From Histomonas meleagridis 2922-C6/04-290x (lineage: Eukaryota > Protista > Parabasalia), in NCBI GenBank assembly GCA_020184695.1, contig JAANOX010000095.1, positions 187,914 through 251,913 on the forward strand: 64,000 bases of DNA. Reading direction: 5' to 3'. The position numbers were made by a program, and so were the translations under genes. The notes beneath the pieces were generated by a model. The model did not search any database. It was not told the DNA's origin and saw only the letters and a list, made by a program, of their open reading frames with translations. Numbering within the stretch: the first letter of the stretch is position 1; the number at the start of each line of letters is the position of its first letter. Shown in pieces: positions 1 through 10,372 of the stretch.

Positions 1-1301
1 TATTGTGGTAAAAAGCTTCCCTCTGTTTCCTTTTCTTTAACAAGAACATCATTTGATGATTCATCAACTTGCTTTGATTTCTTTGGTGATTCACCACTTC
101 CAACTACCAATGGCTTCAAATCCTTATCAGACAACTCATTACTCACATTTGATATTGGTAAGTCATCTGGTGCATCAACTGTTGGCACGCCTAATGAAAT
201 GTCTTCTTTTTGATTTTCGACCCGTTGAGCTTTTTGAATGTGCTGTGAAATTTGTGAGGGCTTTGACACTAACGGTCTCTGTTGTTTCGGCTCAACGTAA
301 TTTGATGTCATTGGCGGAGGAATGTTAACATGTTCGGGGTGCGATGGAGGCTTCGACTCTATTGTTGGCGCGGGCTTTGGTGGTGGGTTTTGTTGAGTGT
401 TTTGGGGAGGTGGCTGAACTGGTGATTGAGGAGGAGCATATTGTTGGTAGCCATAATTTGGTGGAGGCTGTGGCGCATATTGAGTTGGAGTAGTGTATTG
501 ATATGTTTGGTGTTGGTGTTGTACGATATAAACTTGATTTGGTTGAACTGGTGCATAATGTTGAACATATGGAGAAAACATTTGGAATGAATATGATTTC
601 TCGGGATAGTACATTGGAACAACATTTTCAAAATCTGAGTCTGAGTCTGAATCTGATGAATAATCATCGTATGGAATTGGTGGTTGAATGAATTGATTGG
701 GTGAAATCTGTGTGACAGGTGGAAGACCTTGTGGTGTTTGCGGTGGTGGCGGTGGCGGTGGATTGTAGTATGATTGAGGAGGAGGAGGCGCTTGTTGTAC
801 AGGCACTTGTTGAATTGATTGTTTGTGTTTAGGTGCCGTTTCAGGATCTACAAATTTTGATGTTACTTTCCACCCAGGAACAATATATATCTTGCCGTTT
901 GGTGCATCAAAAGCAGCTTGATGATTTTCTGATAAATGAATTCGAAGTGTAATCATTAACTGTGTACGGTTTATGATTCCAGGTGCAATCTTGAAAGGGA
1001 ACTCATATGTAACAACAGTATTAACTTGGAACCATTTTAATGGAAGTGTTAAATTTGCAATGTTACTTTGTTTGTAATTAAGCGAAATACAAAGAGCTGT
1101 TGCCCTAGCATTACTGTACTGAAATTTCCATGTCACATCAGAATCGTAAATGCAATTTCCAATATCTTTTAAATCACCTGATGTTGGTTCTGTCTCATCC
1201 TTTGTGAGTTTCATTTGTAGGTTGAAAGGATTTCCTTCGACGTGCTTAAGTCCTTTTACTTCGAGTACATTCACGAAAATTGCATTCATATTTGGTATCA
1301 T
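1..1301 (-). CDS. Proline/glutamine-rich protein with an N-terminal beta-rich (C2-like?) domain; 3' end runs off the window
   Basis: Hand translation from ATG 1301 (alternative ATG 1289): MIPNMNAIFVNVLEVKGLKHVEGNPFNLQMKLTKDE...WFQVNTVVTYEFPF...YYNPPPPPPPQTPQG. The frame is open to position 1 with no stop, so it is absent from the ORF track. Confidence 0.8.
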   Translation of the reverse strand, partial: MIPNMNAIFVNVLEVKGLKHVEGNPFNLQMKLTKDETEPTSGDLKDIGNCIYDSDVTWKFQYSNARATALCISLNYKQSNIANLTLPLKWFQVNTVVTYEFPFKIAPGIINRTQLMITLRIHLSENHQAAFDAPNGKIYIVPGWKVTSKFVDPETAPKHKQSIQQVPVQQAPPPPQSYYNPPPPPPPQTPQGLPPVTQISPNQFIQPPIPYDDYSSDSDSDSDFENVVPMYYPEKSYSFQMFSPYVQHYAPVQPNQVYIVQHQHQTYQYTTPTQYAPQPPPNYGYQQYAPPQSPVQPPPQNTQQNPPPKPAPTIESKPPSHPEHVNIPPPMTSNYVEPKQQRPLVSKPSQISQHIQKAQRVENQKEDISLGVPTVDAPDDLPISNVSNELSDKDLKPLVVGSGESPKKSKQVDESSNDVLVKEKETEGSFLPQ

Positions 1302-1561
1302 GATCGCTTTTCACATAACATGTCATATTTTTGAACGGATAAAATTTGGATTTTAGCCCATCGGTTTTTATTGTTCACCAATCTGGTTAATTCCTATGTT
1401 ATGAAGTTTTTTTTATATATATTTCACTTACTAAATACTCATAAATTTTTAGTATTTTCTGTTTTTGAAGAAAATATTGGTAAAAATTAGAAAAACATTG
1501 AGTTTAATGAAGATTTTTTTTTTCGGCGGGATTTTATTTTAACGTATTTTCTTCATGGAGA

Positions 1562-2683
1562 ATGAATTTATGGGAAAATACTTATAATTTGTATTCTCCA
1601 ACTCAAACATCTCAGTTTTTTGAAACAGGAAGCACTGAGCCTGCGTTTGATTGGTCTGTTTCTGATGCAGTTGATGTCAATTCAAAATTAGTTTATGATA
1701 AGAATTCTCCACTTTTTCCTTTTTTTCAAACATTTTTAAATGCAAGAATTTTTCATTCAGCCACTGTCCAACAATTTTCTCATTTATTAATTTTATTGCA
1801 GAAATCAATTAAAGTATTAATTAATCGCATCAATATCATAGAAAATCAAAAAAAGTCTCTAGAATTTCACATTCACAAATTAAATTTAGTTAACAGTTCC
1901 AAACCAAAAATTAAAAAATGCTTTGTTTGTCCTGATTGTCATAAATATTTTCGTTCCTTAAGTTATCTCGAAAGCCATATTTATAATAAACACACCACTG
2001 TTGTACACACATCAAGTGAATCTGAAATGAGTATTGTTGAAAGTAGCGAAAACAAATCCGAAGAAAAGAAAACAAAAAGAAAAATCGGAAAGAAAAAAGA
2101 AATAAAAAATGAAAATCAAAATAATGAACAAAAAGAAGTTTATTCAAAATATAAACCAATCATTTCATATGTTACATCCAATGATTATGTTAATCTTGAT
2201 CAAAATGAACCACATTCAATCAATGAGATGTACGACTTCATGAAAACAAAATTTGGTGAATTAGAACAAAAAATCGATAAAAACAACAAAATTAAAGAAA
2301 TAAATAACGAAAGCCAAAGTTCAAAAAGTAAAAATAAATTTTCTTCATCGCAAAATAGTATTAAAACAGAAGATCCTCCATTCGATGATGAAACTTTACC
2401 TTTATCTTATTCAAGCCAAAAAGTTTCTTTTAGTGATGAAAATTCTTTGACTTCGTCGTCGAATAAAAAGAACAAACAAATATCAAAATCGCTTTGTTTC
2501 GAAAAATTAGACAAAAATTCTTCGGCTCAAAATGTTTCAAGAAAAAAGAAGCAATCAACCCCTGTTACGCTTACTGTTAAAAAGACGGGAAGCTTGCACA
2601 AAGATATACATTCTGAAACATCATCAGATTTCATGGAAATAACACATTTCCCACCAAAAAGAAAGGATGGGTCATTTAGGTGA
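1562..2683 (+). CDS. DZIP1/Iguana-like protein (Dzip-like N-terminal region plus C2H2 zinc finger)
   Basis: 373-aa ORF. FDWSVSDAVDV...FSHLLILLQKSIKVL resembles the Dzip-like_N region; it is followed by a coiled coil and the C2H2 finger CPDCHKYFRSLSYLESHIYNKH. Confidence 0.7.
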   Translation: MNLWENTYNLYSPTQTSQFFETGSTEPAFDWSVSDAVDVNSKLVYDKNSPLFPFFQTFLNARIFHSATVQQFSHLLILLQKSIKVLINRINIIENQKKSLEFHIHKLNLVNSSKPKIKKCFVCPDCHKYFRSLSYLESHIYNKHTTVVHTSSESEMSIVESSENKSEEKKTKRKIGKKKEIKNENQNNEQKEVYSKYKPIISYVTSNDYVNLDQNEPHSINEMYDFMKTKFGELEQKIDKNNKIKEINNESQSSKSKNKFSSSQNSIKTEDPPFDDETLPLSYSSQKVSFSDENSLTSSSNKKNKQISKSLCFEKLDKNSSAQNVSRKKKQSTPVTLTVKKTGSLHKDIHSETSSDFMEITHFPPKRKDGSFR

Positions 2684-3331
2684 ATGGTTGTTTTCATGTG
2701 TTTTTGTTGAGTTCCTTTTTAATATCTTTTTACATTTTCGAAACGGTGATCTTATAAAGTGTTACCTATTTCTATGTAATGAAATGCCAATTTAGTTGTG
2801 ATAAATGTCAAACCCATTGTGACAGATAAAAACGGGGATAAAAAGAAATTAACAATTTATTTTGTCCGTTTTACCATTTTATATGTTTCTCAAAAAGTTA
2901 AAAACCGAACTAAGAAAACTTGAACGGTTTTCACAGAAAAACAGAGATCGATTTTTTTTTTGAGAGCAGTGTCCAAACAAACATTGAGAATTTTTACAAA
3001 AAACGCATTTAAAAAGTGAGTTGCCATTTGACACCTGGACTTTTGCCACTTCGGCGATAAATAATGAAATAATTTTATCTCAATACTGGAATCCGTTCTT
3101 TCATGCAAACTTCCAAGAAAAAAATAGCGTTTATAATAGTTTATAAAATGATTTTAAAAATTTACCGGAAATCTCTTGGTTTCAATTTTTTTGAAATTAT
3201 TTTTTTGAATAAGAGCTGTAACCAAGCACGACCAAATCACCATCAAAATGCCGTGTTCAATTTTCAATGTGCTTACGTTCTCATACGATTAAAACTAATT
3301 GAATTCTTCGGATTATATCTTTGGCTGTCGG

Positions 3332-5158
3332 ATGCAAAAAGAAGACAAAAAAAGCACACCAAGTAGTGTTTTAGCAACAGCAGGTGAAACAAGCAGTCTG
3401 ACATGTGAAGGATATATAGATTCAGGAAGTCCTGGTAATTCATTTGATGACGATCTTTTCACAAAACAAAGTCATTCACTAGGTGAAATTCCTCTTTATG
3501 ATTTTATTGTTGGTAGCCATTGTGGTTCTGATATAGATGACACTATTTTAAGTCCATGTTTTGTGACAACAGATGATGAAAGTGAAGTAGATTTAATATC
3601 TGTTGATAACCTTTATGCTACAAATTTGATGCTTAATGATGATCAAGATGAAACAGCTTTCTTTGGATATAATCAAGATGAAAATGATGAAGATTTTAAA
3701 CAATGTCAAATTTTTGATCAAGTTCCAATCAAATTTTTAGATGATGATGCAGAGTTAGATGCACTAAATTTATCAGAAAATTCGGAAAATGTAGAAACAA
3801 ATACAACAGAATCTTCAAAAAATAATGATGTTCCTTATACCCCTGAATTAATCACAGTTTTAGAAGGAATGAATTTCCCCAAATCCGAAATTGACAGTAT
3901 ATTACAAGTTAATATTCAACGATTTCCAGAATCATCACAAATCTTTTTAGAGCCTAATGGCAGTGTTAGCTGTGCCTCTTTCCCACAATTAATCATAGCT
4001 CTTACAACTCCTGATGTTTCAAATGTTGAATTCCAAACCAAATTTCTTATCTCATTTCCATCATTTGCACCACCGTACCGTGTTCTTGCGTGTTTGTTTG
4101 CACGTTTTTTTGCCAATATCAATTGTTCACGTTCGAATATATCCAGTAAGAAAAATCTCCTCTTAGTTCGTGCTATAATAACGCGTTTATTATCTAAATG
4201 GCTTGTTCTAACCAAATATCAATTTACTGATTCCATGATCAACTCCATCAAAACATTTCTTAACGTTATTGAAAAAGACGAATCGCTTCGCGTTCAGCGT
4301 CAAATTGTTGAAGGTTCGCTCAAGAAATTTGAAGGGAGTAAACTTAACAAAATTCACAGAGAAAAGGAGTACCCCGAAATGATTTTGCCAAAGACCCCAC
4401 CCAACACATGGGTCGTCACATCGATACCACCAGAAGAGCTAGCACGGCAACTTGCATTACTTCATTCCAGAACATATCGAAAGATCAAACCTACTGAAGT
4501 CCTAACCATGATATGGGGCGATAATAAAACTGGTGGATCACCAAATATCAACAAATTGATTCATCACTTTAATCTTTTTTCTAATTTTACTACGCTTACC
4601 ATTATAATGCCCACCACAGCTCAAAAGCGAGCTGAAGTATATACATTTTGGATTGAAGTTGCATCACATTGTTTACGATTAAAGAATTATCATGCGTTGT
4701 TCAGCATTGTCTTTGGCCTAATGCATCGATCAATAGAACGACTATCAGATACCTTAAAAATCTCGTTGAAAAACACCAAAACGAAAACCACATTTTTTCA
4801 ACTCCGAAAACTTTGTAGCGTAGAAAGCAACTACGCCAATTATCGGAGCCTCATCCAGACCCAGTTAACAGCTTTGGTTGATCCGTGCGTTCCATTCATC
4901 GGATGCTTCCAAAAGGACCTTGTGTACGTACAAGAGACATATCCAAACACAATCAATGGATTAATTAACTTTAAGAAATGTACGGAATGCGTAAAGTTAA
5001 TTGATCAAATCTCTTCCTTCCAAAACATGAGATACAACTTCAAAAGATGCAAACAAATTCAAAATATCATTACGGAATTGCCGCCTGAAACGGATAACGT
5101 GGTTCTAATGAAGTTGTCGACAACAAGAGAAACAAGAAGAAAGAAGGGAAGAATATGA
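3332..5158 (+). CDS. RasGEF (REM + CDC25 domain) protein
   Basis: ORF 3299..5158, first ATG at 3332. REM-like (ASFPQLIIALT, FLISFPSFAPP, LLSKW) and CDC25 motifs (PEELARQLALL, NYHALFSIVFGL, PCVPFIGCFQKDLVYVQE, GLINFKK). Confidence 0.9.
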   Translation: MQKEDKKSTPSSVLATAGETSSLTCEGYIDSGSPGNSFDDDLFTKQSHSLGEIPLYDFIVGSHCGSDIDDTILSPCFVTTDDESEVDLISVDNLYATNLMLNDDQDETAFFGYNQDENDEDFKQCQIFDQVPIKFLDDDAELDALNLSENSENVETNTTESSKNNDVPYTPELITVLEGMNFPKSEIDSILQVNIQRFPESSQIFLEPNGSVSCASFPQLIIALTTPDVSNVEFQTKFLISFPSFAPPYRVLACLFARFFANINCSRSNISSKKNLLLVRAIITRLLSKWLVLTKYQFTDSMINSIKTFLNVIEKDESLRVQRQIVEGSLKKFEGSKLNKIHREKEYPEMILPKTPPNTWVVTSIPPEELARQLALLHSRTYRKIKPTEVLTMIWGDNKTGGSPNINKLIHHFNLFSNFTTLTIIMPTTAQKRAEVYTFWIEVASHCLRLKNYHALFSIVFGLMHRSIERLSDTLKISLKNTKTKTTFFQLRKLCSVESNYANYRSLIQTQLTALVDPCVPFIGCFQKDLVYVQETYPNTINGLINFKKCTECVKLIDQISSFQNMRYNFKRCKQIQNIITELPPETDNVVLMKLSTTRETRRKKGRI

Positions 5159-5497
5159 ACCAATATGTAATATTGTTTTGTAAAAAATATTTTTCTATGA
5201 AATGTAATATGTTTGAAAATTTTTGGATTTTAAAGCAGAACGCTCATTAAGTCGTCTTTTTGTGTAAGATAATTATCATATCCACCAAATTAATGTTGTC
5301 AATAGCCATTTAAATTAAATAATTATTATTGATATTATCATTGAAATGCTAAATCTTAAATGTAATTTTGATGTTTATTTTTGGAAATTCAACTTATTGT
5401 TAGTGTAATTAATTTTTATGAAAGATTTCGCCGAAGGATTGAAAGCACTTTTATATTAATTATTCAATTTTCAAAGGCGAGTTTGTCCAACCAAATA

Positions 5498-8400
5498 ATG
5501 GAGAACCAAGAATCAGAAACTTTACAAATTAAATTTCTTGAATCAATTTCACAAATTGTTTTCGACCTTAATTTAGATAACATTGGAATTTCTGTTGAGC
5601 TTACAATGAAATTCTTTGATCCTAATTATCAGAAATCTTTCAACAGAGTTCTTGTTCTATTAGTTTACTCGTCTTTTATATCTAGGAGAATTGATGCTAA
5701 TATTTATTTCTCATATTTAAAATCTATTGAATCTCATGAAGAACAAATTCTTAATACAAACCCACAAATTTTTATAACATTTCGACAATACTTACTTCAT
5801 ATAAAGACAAATGAAGCAAATTATCTTCTTGTCAATATGGTATTCGAGAATTTAATTGATGCTGATTTTGTTAAAACACGAAACGAAAAATATTTTATGC
5901 ATTTAATGCCACATGAACAACTTTCTAAAATTAAGTATTCAATGTTGTCACAGCAAATTGTTTTTAAAGAAGAAGAACTAAAAAAGAACAATTGGGAGCT
6001 TCATAAAAGACTTATTAAAGAAGGAAATCCAAATGAAATAACAAAAATAATTCGAAATGATGATGTTGATAAATTACAAGAAATTTCCACAAGTCCGAAA
6101 TTTAATTTTAATCAAAAAGTTCAAACATCGATTTATGAATTATTTTCATTATGTAAAGGAATTTCACTTATTGATTATGCTGCATTTTATGGAGCAATTA
6201 AATGTTTTAAATTTTTATTATTAAATGAAGCTAAAACAGAAATGACTCTTAAATATGCAATTGCAGGAGGCAATATTGAAATTATTTATCTTTGTCAAGA
6301 AAAAAGCATTATATCTTCTTATGAACTAGAAGAAATAGCTATTGAATATAATAGGAATAATGTGTTTATTAATATATTCGAAAACCCAAAGCCAGAACCA
6401 AATAAGACAAGAGGTTTTGTTTCTAAAGGACTAACAACTAATTTAAAATCATTTTCATTTAAAAGTAATTTTAATTTTGGAACTCGTAAAATTGGCTTAA
6501 GTAGCTTTGCGAGACAAACTCCACAAAATTCTGAAGATAAATTACATCAATTAGGACTGAAATGTATTCGATCAAATAACTTTGAAATATTTGAGTTTTT
6601 ATTAAATGAAGGACTTGAAATCAAAGGTGATATTATGGAAGAAATAATTACAAGTGGTAATTTGTTTTTAATAAAGTATATTTTACAAGGTAGAAAAGTT
6701 CCAAGAGAAGCTTTTTCTTATTCGATTTCATCACAAAATATTGAAGTTATTAAATATATTCTTTCATTAGGTGAAGTTGATATTAATATTTATGATATTT
6801 TTGATGTTAATTTAATATTTGTTTTGTTTATTGAATGTTTAAATTAGAAATTTAGAATTTCTTTTTAATATATAATACACCATTATTATGTTCTTGTGAA
6901 TTTAATAATTATGAGATTACAAAATTTATTCTTGATCAAAATGGTGTGAATGTGAATGTTAAAAATGCTTGTTTATTTTAATTAAAATTTAAATAAGCAA
7001 TTTGACGTTTTTAAATGTTTTTTGGAATTTAATCAAAGTATTTAAAACACCACTTATTACTGCATCTAAACTTGGTCATACTGAAATAGTAAAATTACTT
7101 CTTGAACAAAAAGGAATTAATATAAATGATAAAGATATTTATTTGTTATATATAAAATTTATTATAATAATTTGATGTTTTTAAATAATATTTGGAAATA
7201 GTTCAAATAATTTTATACAGCACTTATGTGGGCATCTTCAAATGGTCATACAGAAATAGTTCAATTACTTCTTGCGCATAATGAAATTGATGTGAATATA
7301 CAAAATAGTTTTAGCTTAACAGCTCTAGAATTAACACTAGTTGATAAAGTTTACATAGAAATTACAAAATTATTACTTTCGCATAAAGGAATTATTATTA
7401 ATACAGAAAATATTTTAAAATTTGATTTAAAGTTAATTTCCTATTTCCGATGTTTTATTTCAAGATTAGGAGTAAATTCATTTTATTTATCACACCTTTA
7501 ATGATGGCATGTGATAAAAATAATAAAGAAATTGTTCAATTAATCTTAAGCCTTGGTGAAAATGATGTTAACTTACAAGATATTTAATTTGTTATTTTAA
7601 TGATTAAATTTTTAACTTAATATTTCATTATAAAATTTGGAAATAACTTAAATTATTTAGAACAGCTCTCATTTATGCATGTAAACAAGGAAGTTTGGAA
7701 ATAGTTAAAATTCTTCTTGAACAAAAAGGGATTCTTTTAAATATAAAAGATATTTCTTTATTAATATTAATATTTATTTTGATGTTAAAGTGTTTTAAAA
7801 CAATTGTTAGAATTTATTCATATTATTTCAATTTGCACTTATGTATGCATTTGAATCTGATAATTTCGAATTATTTAAGTTACTTATTGAGCAAAAAGGA
7901 ATTGATATAAATGCTAAAAATATTTTTTTGATATATCCAGAATTTATTTAAAATATTTAATATTTGTATATAATATTTGGATTTTATTTGAATATTTTCA
8001 AACTGTTTTAATGCTTTCATGTAAATATAATAAAGTTAAATATGTTGAATTACTTCTTGAACAAAAAGGAATTAAAATCAATGAAAAATCAGTATTTTTC
8101 TTTCATTACATGTTTATTTCAAGTTTTTGCTATTCATTCTTTATATGTAATGTTTAATTGATAAATTTTGGAATGCTTTAATGGAAGCAAGTTCAGTAGG
8201 TAATATTGAAATTGTTAAATTACTTCTTGAACAAGAAGGAATTGTTATGGATAATATTGGTATTATTTTATAACATTCAATTTTTGTACAAAAAATTTGG
8301 GGATTAAAAATAAAATTTGGAACTTATTTTCAATATTTGGCACTGCTTTTATGCTTGCATGTTTTAATGGGCATTTAGAAATTGCCAAATTATTGCTTGA

Positions 8401-8829
8401 ACATAAAGGAATTGATATAAATATGAAAAATGTATTTTTAATAATTTTAATATTTATATTATTTTTTCTCTGTTTAATTATGAAATTTGGAATTTCATTA
8501 ATTTGTTTTTAACATCTCTCTTAGGTTCATTAATTAATGGGCATTGTGATGTAGCTAAATTCCTTCTTGAACAGGATGGAATTGATGTCAATGCGGAAAG
8601 TAATGAAGGGCGAAATGCAATTCAAATTGCAAACTCAAATGGATATCAAGAAATTGTAACAATTCTTAAAGAACATAAAGATATTAAATATGATGAAAAT
8701 ACTTTACAAAAAATAGAAGTAAAGAAAGGAGTGATCAGTGCGAAAAAAGTTGTTGCCGATTCGTCATCAATTCAATCAGTCGTAATCAAGAGTGGTGGGT
8801 TCAAATCTTCATGGAATAAACCTAATTAG
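5498..8829 (+). CDS. DUF3447-type ankyrin-repeat protein (gene A), interrupted by forty 17-nt spacers; predicted 883 aa after their removal
   Basis: N-terminal family motifs NPNEITKIIRNDD and SLIDYAAFYGAIKCFKFL. Ten 77-nt cassettes, each 4x17 nt plus 3 single codons, at 6797, 6967, 7137, 7412, 7582, 7752, 7922, 8092, 8262, 8432. 3332 nt minus 680 nt = 2652 nt = 884 codons including the TAG at 8827-8829. Confidence 0.85.
6797..8508 (+). other. Array of non-canonical 17-nt intervening sequences with 3-nt micro-exons (gene A)
   Basis: Example: AAA GAT|ATTTATTTGTTATATAT(7137-7153)|AAA|ATTTATTATAATAATTT|GAT|GTTTTTAAATAATATTT|GGA(7194-7196)|AATAGTTCAAATAATTT|TAT ACA GCA CTT ATG = KD-KDG-YTALM. All 40 spacers are 17 nt; the repeat unit is 170 nt (102 coding + 68). 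Confidence 0.9.
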
Positions 8830-9007
8830 CACCTCAATGCCTGATATTTATTATAAATATCATTATGAATTCTTTTATTTGTGAGTCGAATTTGGTGAAA
8901 ATGGCCGTTTAATTTTTATTTTTGATTTCAAATTTCGCTTGACCGGAAATAAATTGCAATTTTTTTACACATGCAGAGGGAAAATAAAAAAATCTATATA
9001 AACATAA

Positions 9008-9250
9008 ATGAAGCTTGCTTTACAAGATAATTGCAAATCATATGAGACAATAACAAAATCTATTAGAAATCACAAAACATCAAAAACCGTCCAGGAGTCA
9101 GAAGACACCATAGATTTCGACGACATTAAAATTGTGAATGAAAAAATTTTATATGTACTTGATGAAAAACCATTTGCACCAGTTCGTTATATAGCTAACA
9201 GCACAGGCACTCCAAAAAGTACAATGCATTATCATTTGACCCAAATCGTA
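9008..9250 (+). mobile_element. Possible helix-turn-helix remnant of a Tc1/mariner-type transposase
   Basis: ILYVLDEKPFAPVRYIANSTGTPKSTMHYHLTQ reads like a transposase-associated HTH; it then degrades into low-complexity sequence. No DDE domain or TIRs seen. Confidence 0.35.
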
Positions 9251-9331
9251 TATATTTGTAATATTATCATCAACAAAACAATTTACATACTCTATATAAA
9301 TTTATTTATTCATTACGTCATATTACAACTA

Positions 9332-10372
9332 TCATAAACTATCGTATCCAACATGTTGCATTGAGCTTCCACTCGAAGCATTCATATTCGTATTCATTAT
9401 TGCATTCGCATTCGTCTGTTGCTGTTGCTGCTGTTGAATTCTTATCTCGTTTTCGCTCGGAATTACTTTTGGTTGCATATTCTTTTGCCTTTGAGAGTTA
9501 CGCGCGTGTGCTCTCGTTCCTTTGGATCTGTGGCCCTTCTTCCTTCTGCTTGGCTTCTGCTGTTCTTCTGATTTTGGATTTGATGTTGATTGAATTATCG
9601 AATTCATAAGGTCATCATCTTCGCCGCGCTGTTGTGTTGTTTGGTTGATATTGTAATCCTTGGGGTAAAGAGATATCTCATAATCATCAGGGATTTTGTT
9701 GCTTTGGAATTTCCCATAATTATCATCATCACTCCAAAATTCATCTTCGTCATTCTTAGGCTTTGAGGTACGAACAGATGGATCACGGCCAGGCTGGAAA
9801 AGAGAATTAAGACGAAGAATTTCTTTTGTAGAAAAACTTAACAATTGATGATAGGCTTGATAGATCCCAAGACGCCATGGAATCTCAATCCAGTTGGATA
9901 TTTCAGACATACCTAGGTTGGTGGCCATGGAAGATTCAATGGAATAACAACGATTAAGAAATTTGTTAAATGAGGGATGAAGAGAAGCTGTAATGACATC
10001 TTGAAAATTAGTAAGTAAAGCAATGGGTATGTTGGGTTGAGTTTGTTCAATAACTTTAATAGCATAGGTGACACTCTCGGATTCTCGAGGATCATAAAGA
10101 ATAATAATTCCGTTTGGAACTCCTTGCGTTGTTGTAGTAAGAGCAGGACTCATAGATACGGTATCCATTAGTGTAATGTTAACAATTGTATCTGGGGAAG
10201 ATGGTGGAATCCATTTGATTTTGGATGTCTGGGTAAGTGGAGTTGGAGTATATTCTTCAGAAAATTGTTGTCCACCCATCCTTTTCATAAGTGATGATTT
10301 TCCAGTTCTTTTGTAGCCACGGATAAGTATTAAAACTTCAGATTGAGCAATCTGAGCTTGCCGGAAGTTCAT
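9332..10372 (-). CDS. RABL6: Rab-like GTPase, RABL6/PARF family
   Basis: ILIRGYKRTGKSSLMKRMGGQQFSEEYTPT...IKW...NITLMD and IESSMATNLGM...IPW follow the RABL6 pattern (IVIRGDRNTGKT...FVEEYIPT; ESSM), with a low-complexity C-terminal tail. Confidence 0.75.
   Translation of the reverse strand: MNFRQAQIAQSEVLILIRGYKRTGKSSLMKRMGGQQFSEEYTPTPLTQTSKIKWIPPSSPDTIVNITLMDTVSMSPALTTTTQGVPNGIIILYDPRESESVTYAIKVIEQTQPNIPIALLTNFQDVITASLHPSFNKFLNRCYSIESSMATNLGMSEISNWIEIPWRLGIYQAYHQLLSFSTKEILRLNSLFQPGRDPSVRTSKPKNDEDEFWSDDDNYGKFQSNKIPDDYEISLYPKDYNINQTTQQRGEDDDLMNSIIQSTSNPKSEEQQKPSRRKKGHRSKGTRAHARNSQRQKNMQPKVIPSENEIRIQQQQQQQTNANAIMNTNMNASSGSSMQHVGYDSL

Noticed and set aside
6845-6847. Stop-codon reassignment as the explanation of the broken ORFs
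   Set aside because: Long genes end normally at TAA, TAG or TGA, and each cassette adds 68 nt, which shifts the frame, so read-through cannot restore it.
7140-7213. Two-intron model (51 nt + TTTGGA micro-exon + 17 nt) or one 68-nt intron
   Set aside because: This was my first reading. The 4x17 model gives better hairpins (KDKDGY rather than KDIFGY), consistent RTTT...TTT ends for every unit, and also explains the 2- and 3-unit cases in gene B.
6797-8508. Ankyrin regions are ordinary pseudogenes or sequencing noise
   Set aside because: Random decay or indel errors would not give 87 of 88 spacers at exactly 17 nt, all in codon phase 0, with conserved synonymous Gly codons and no stops among the single-codon exons.
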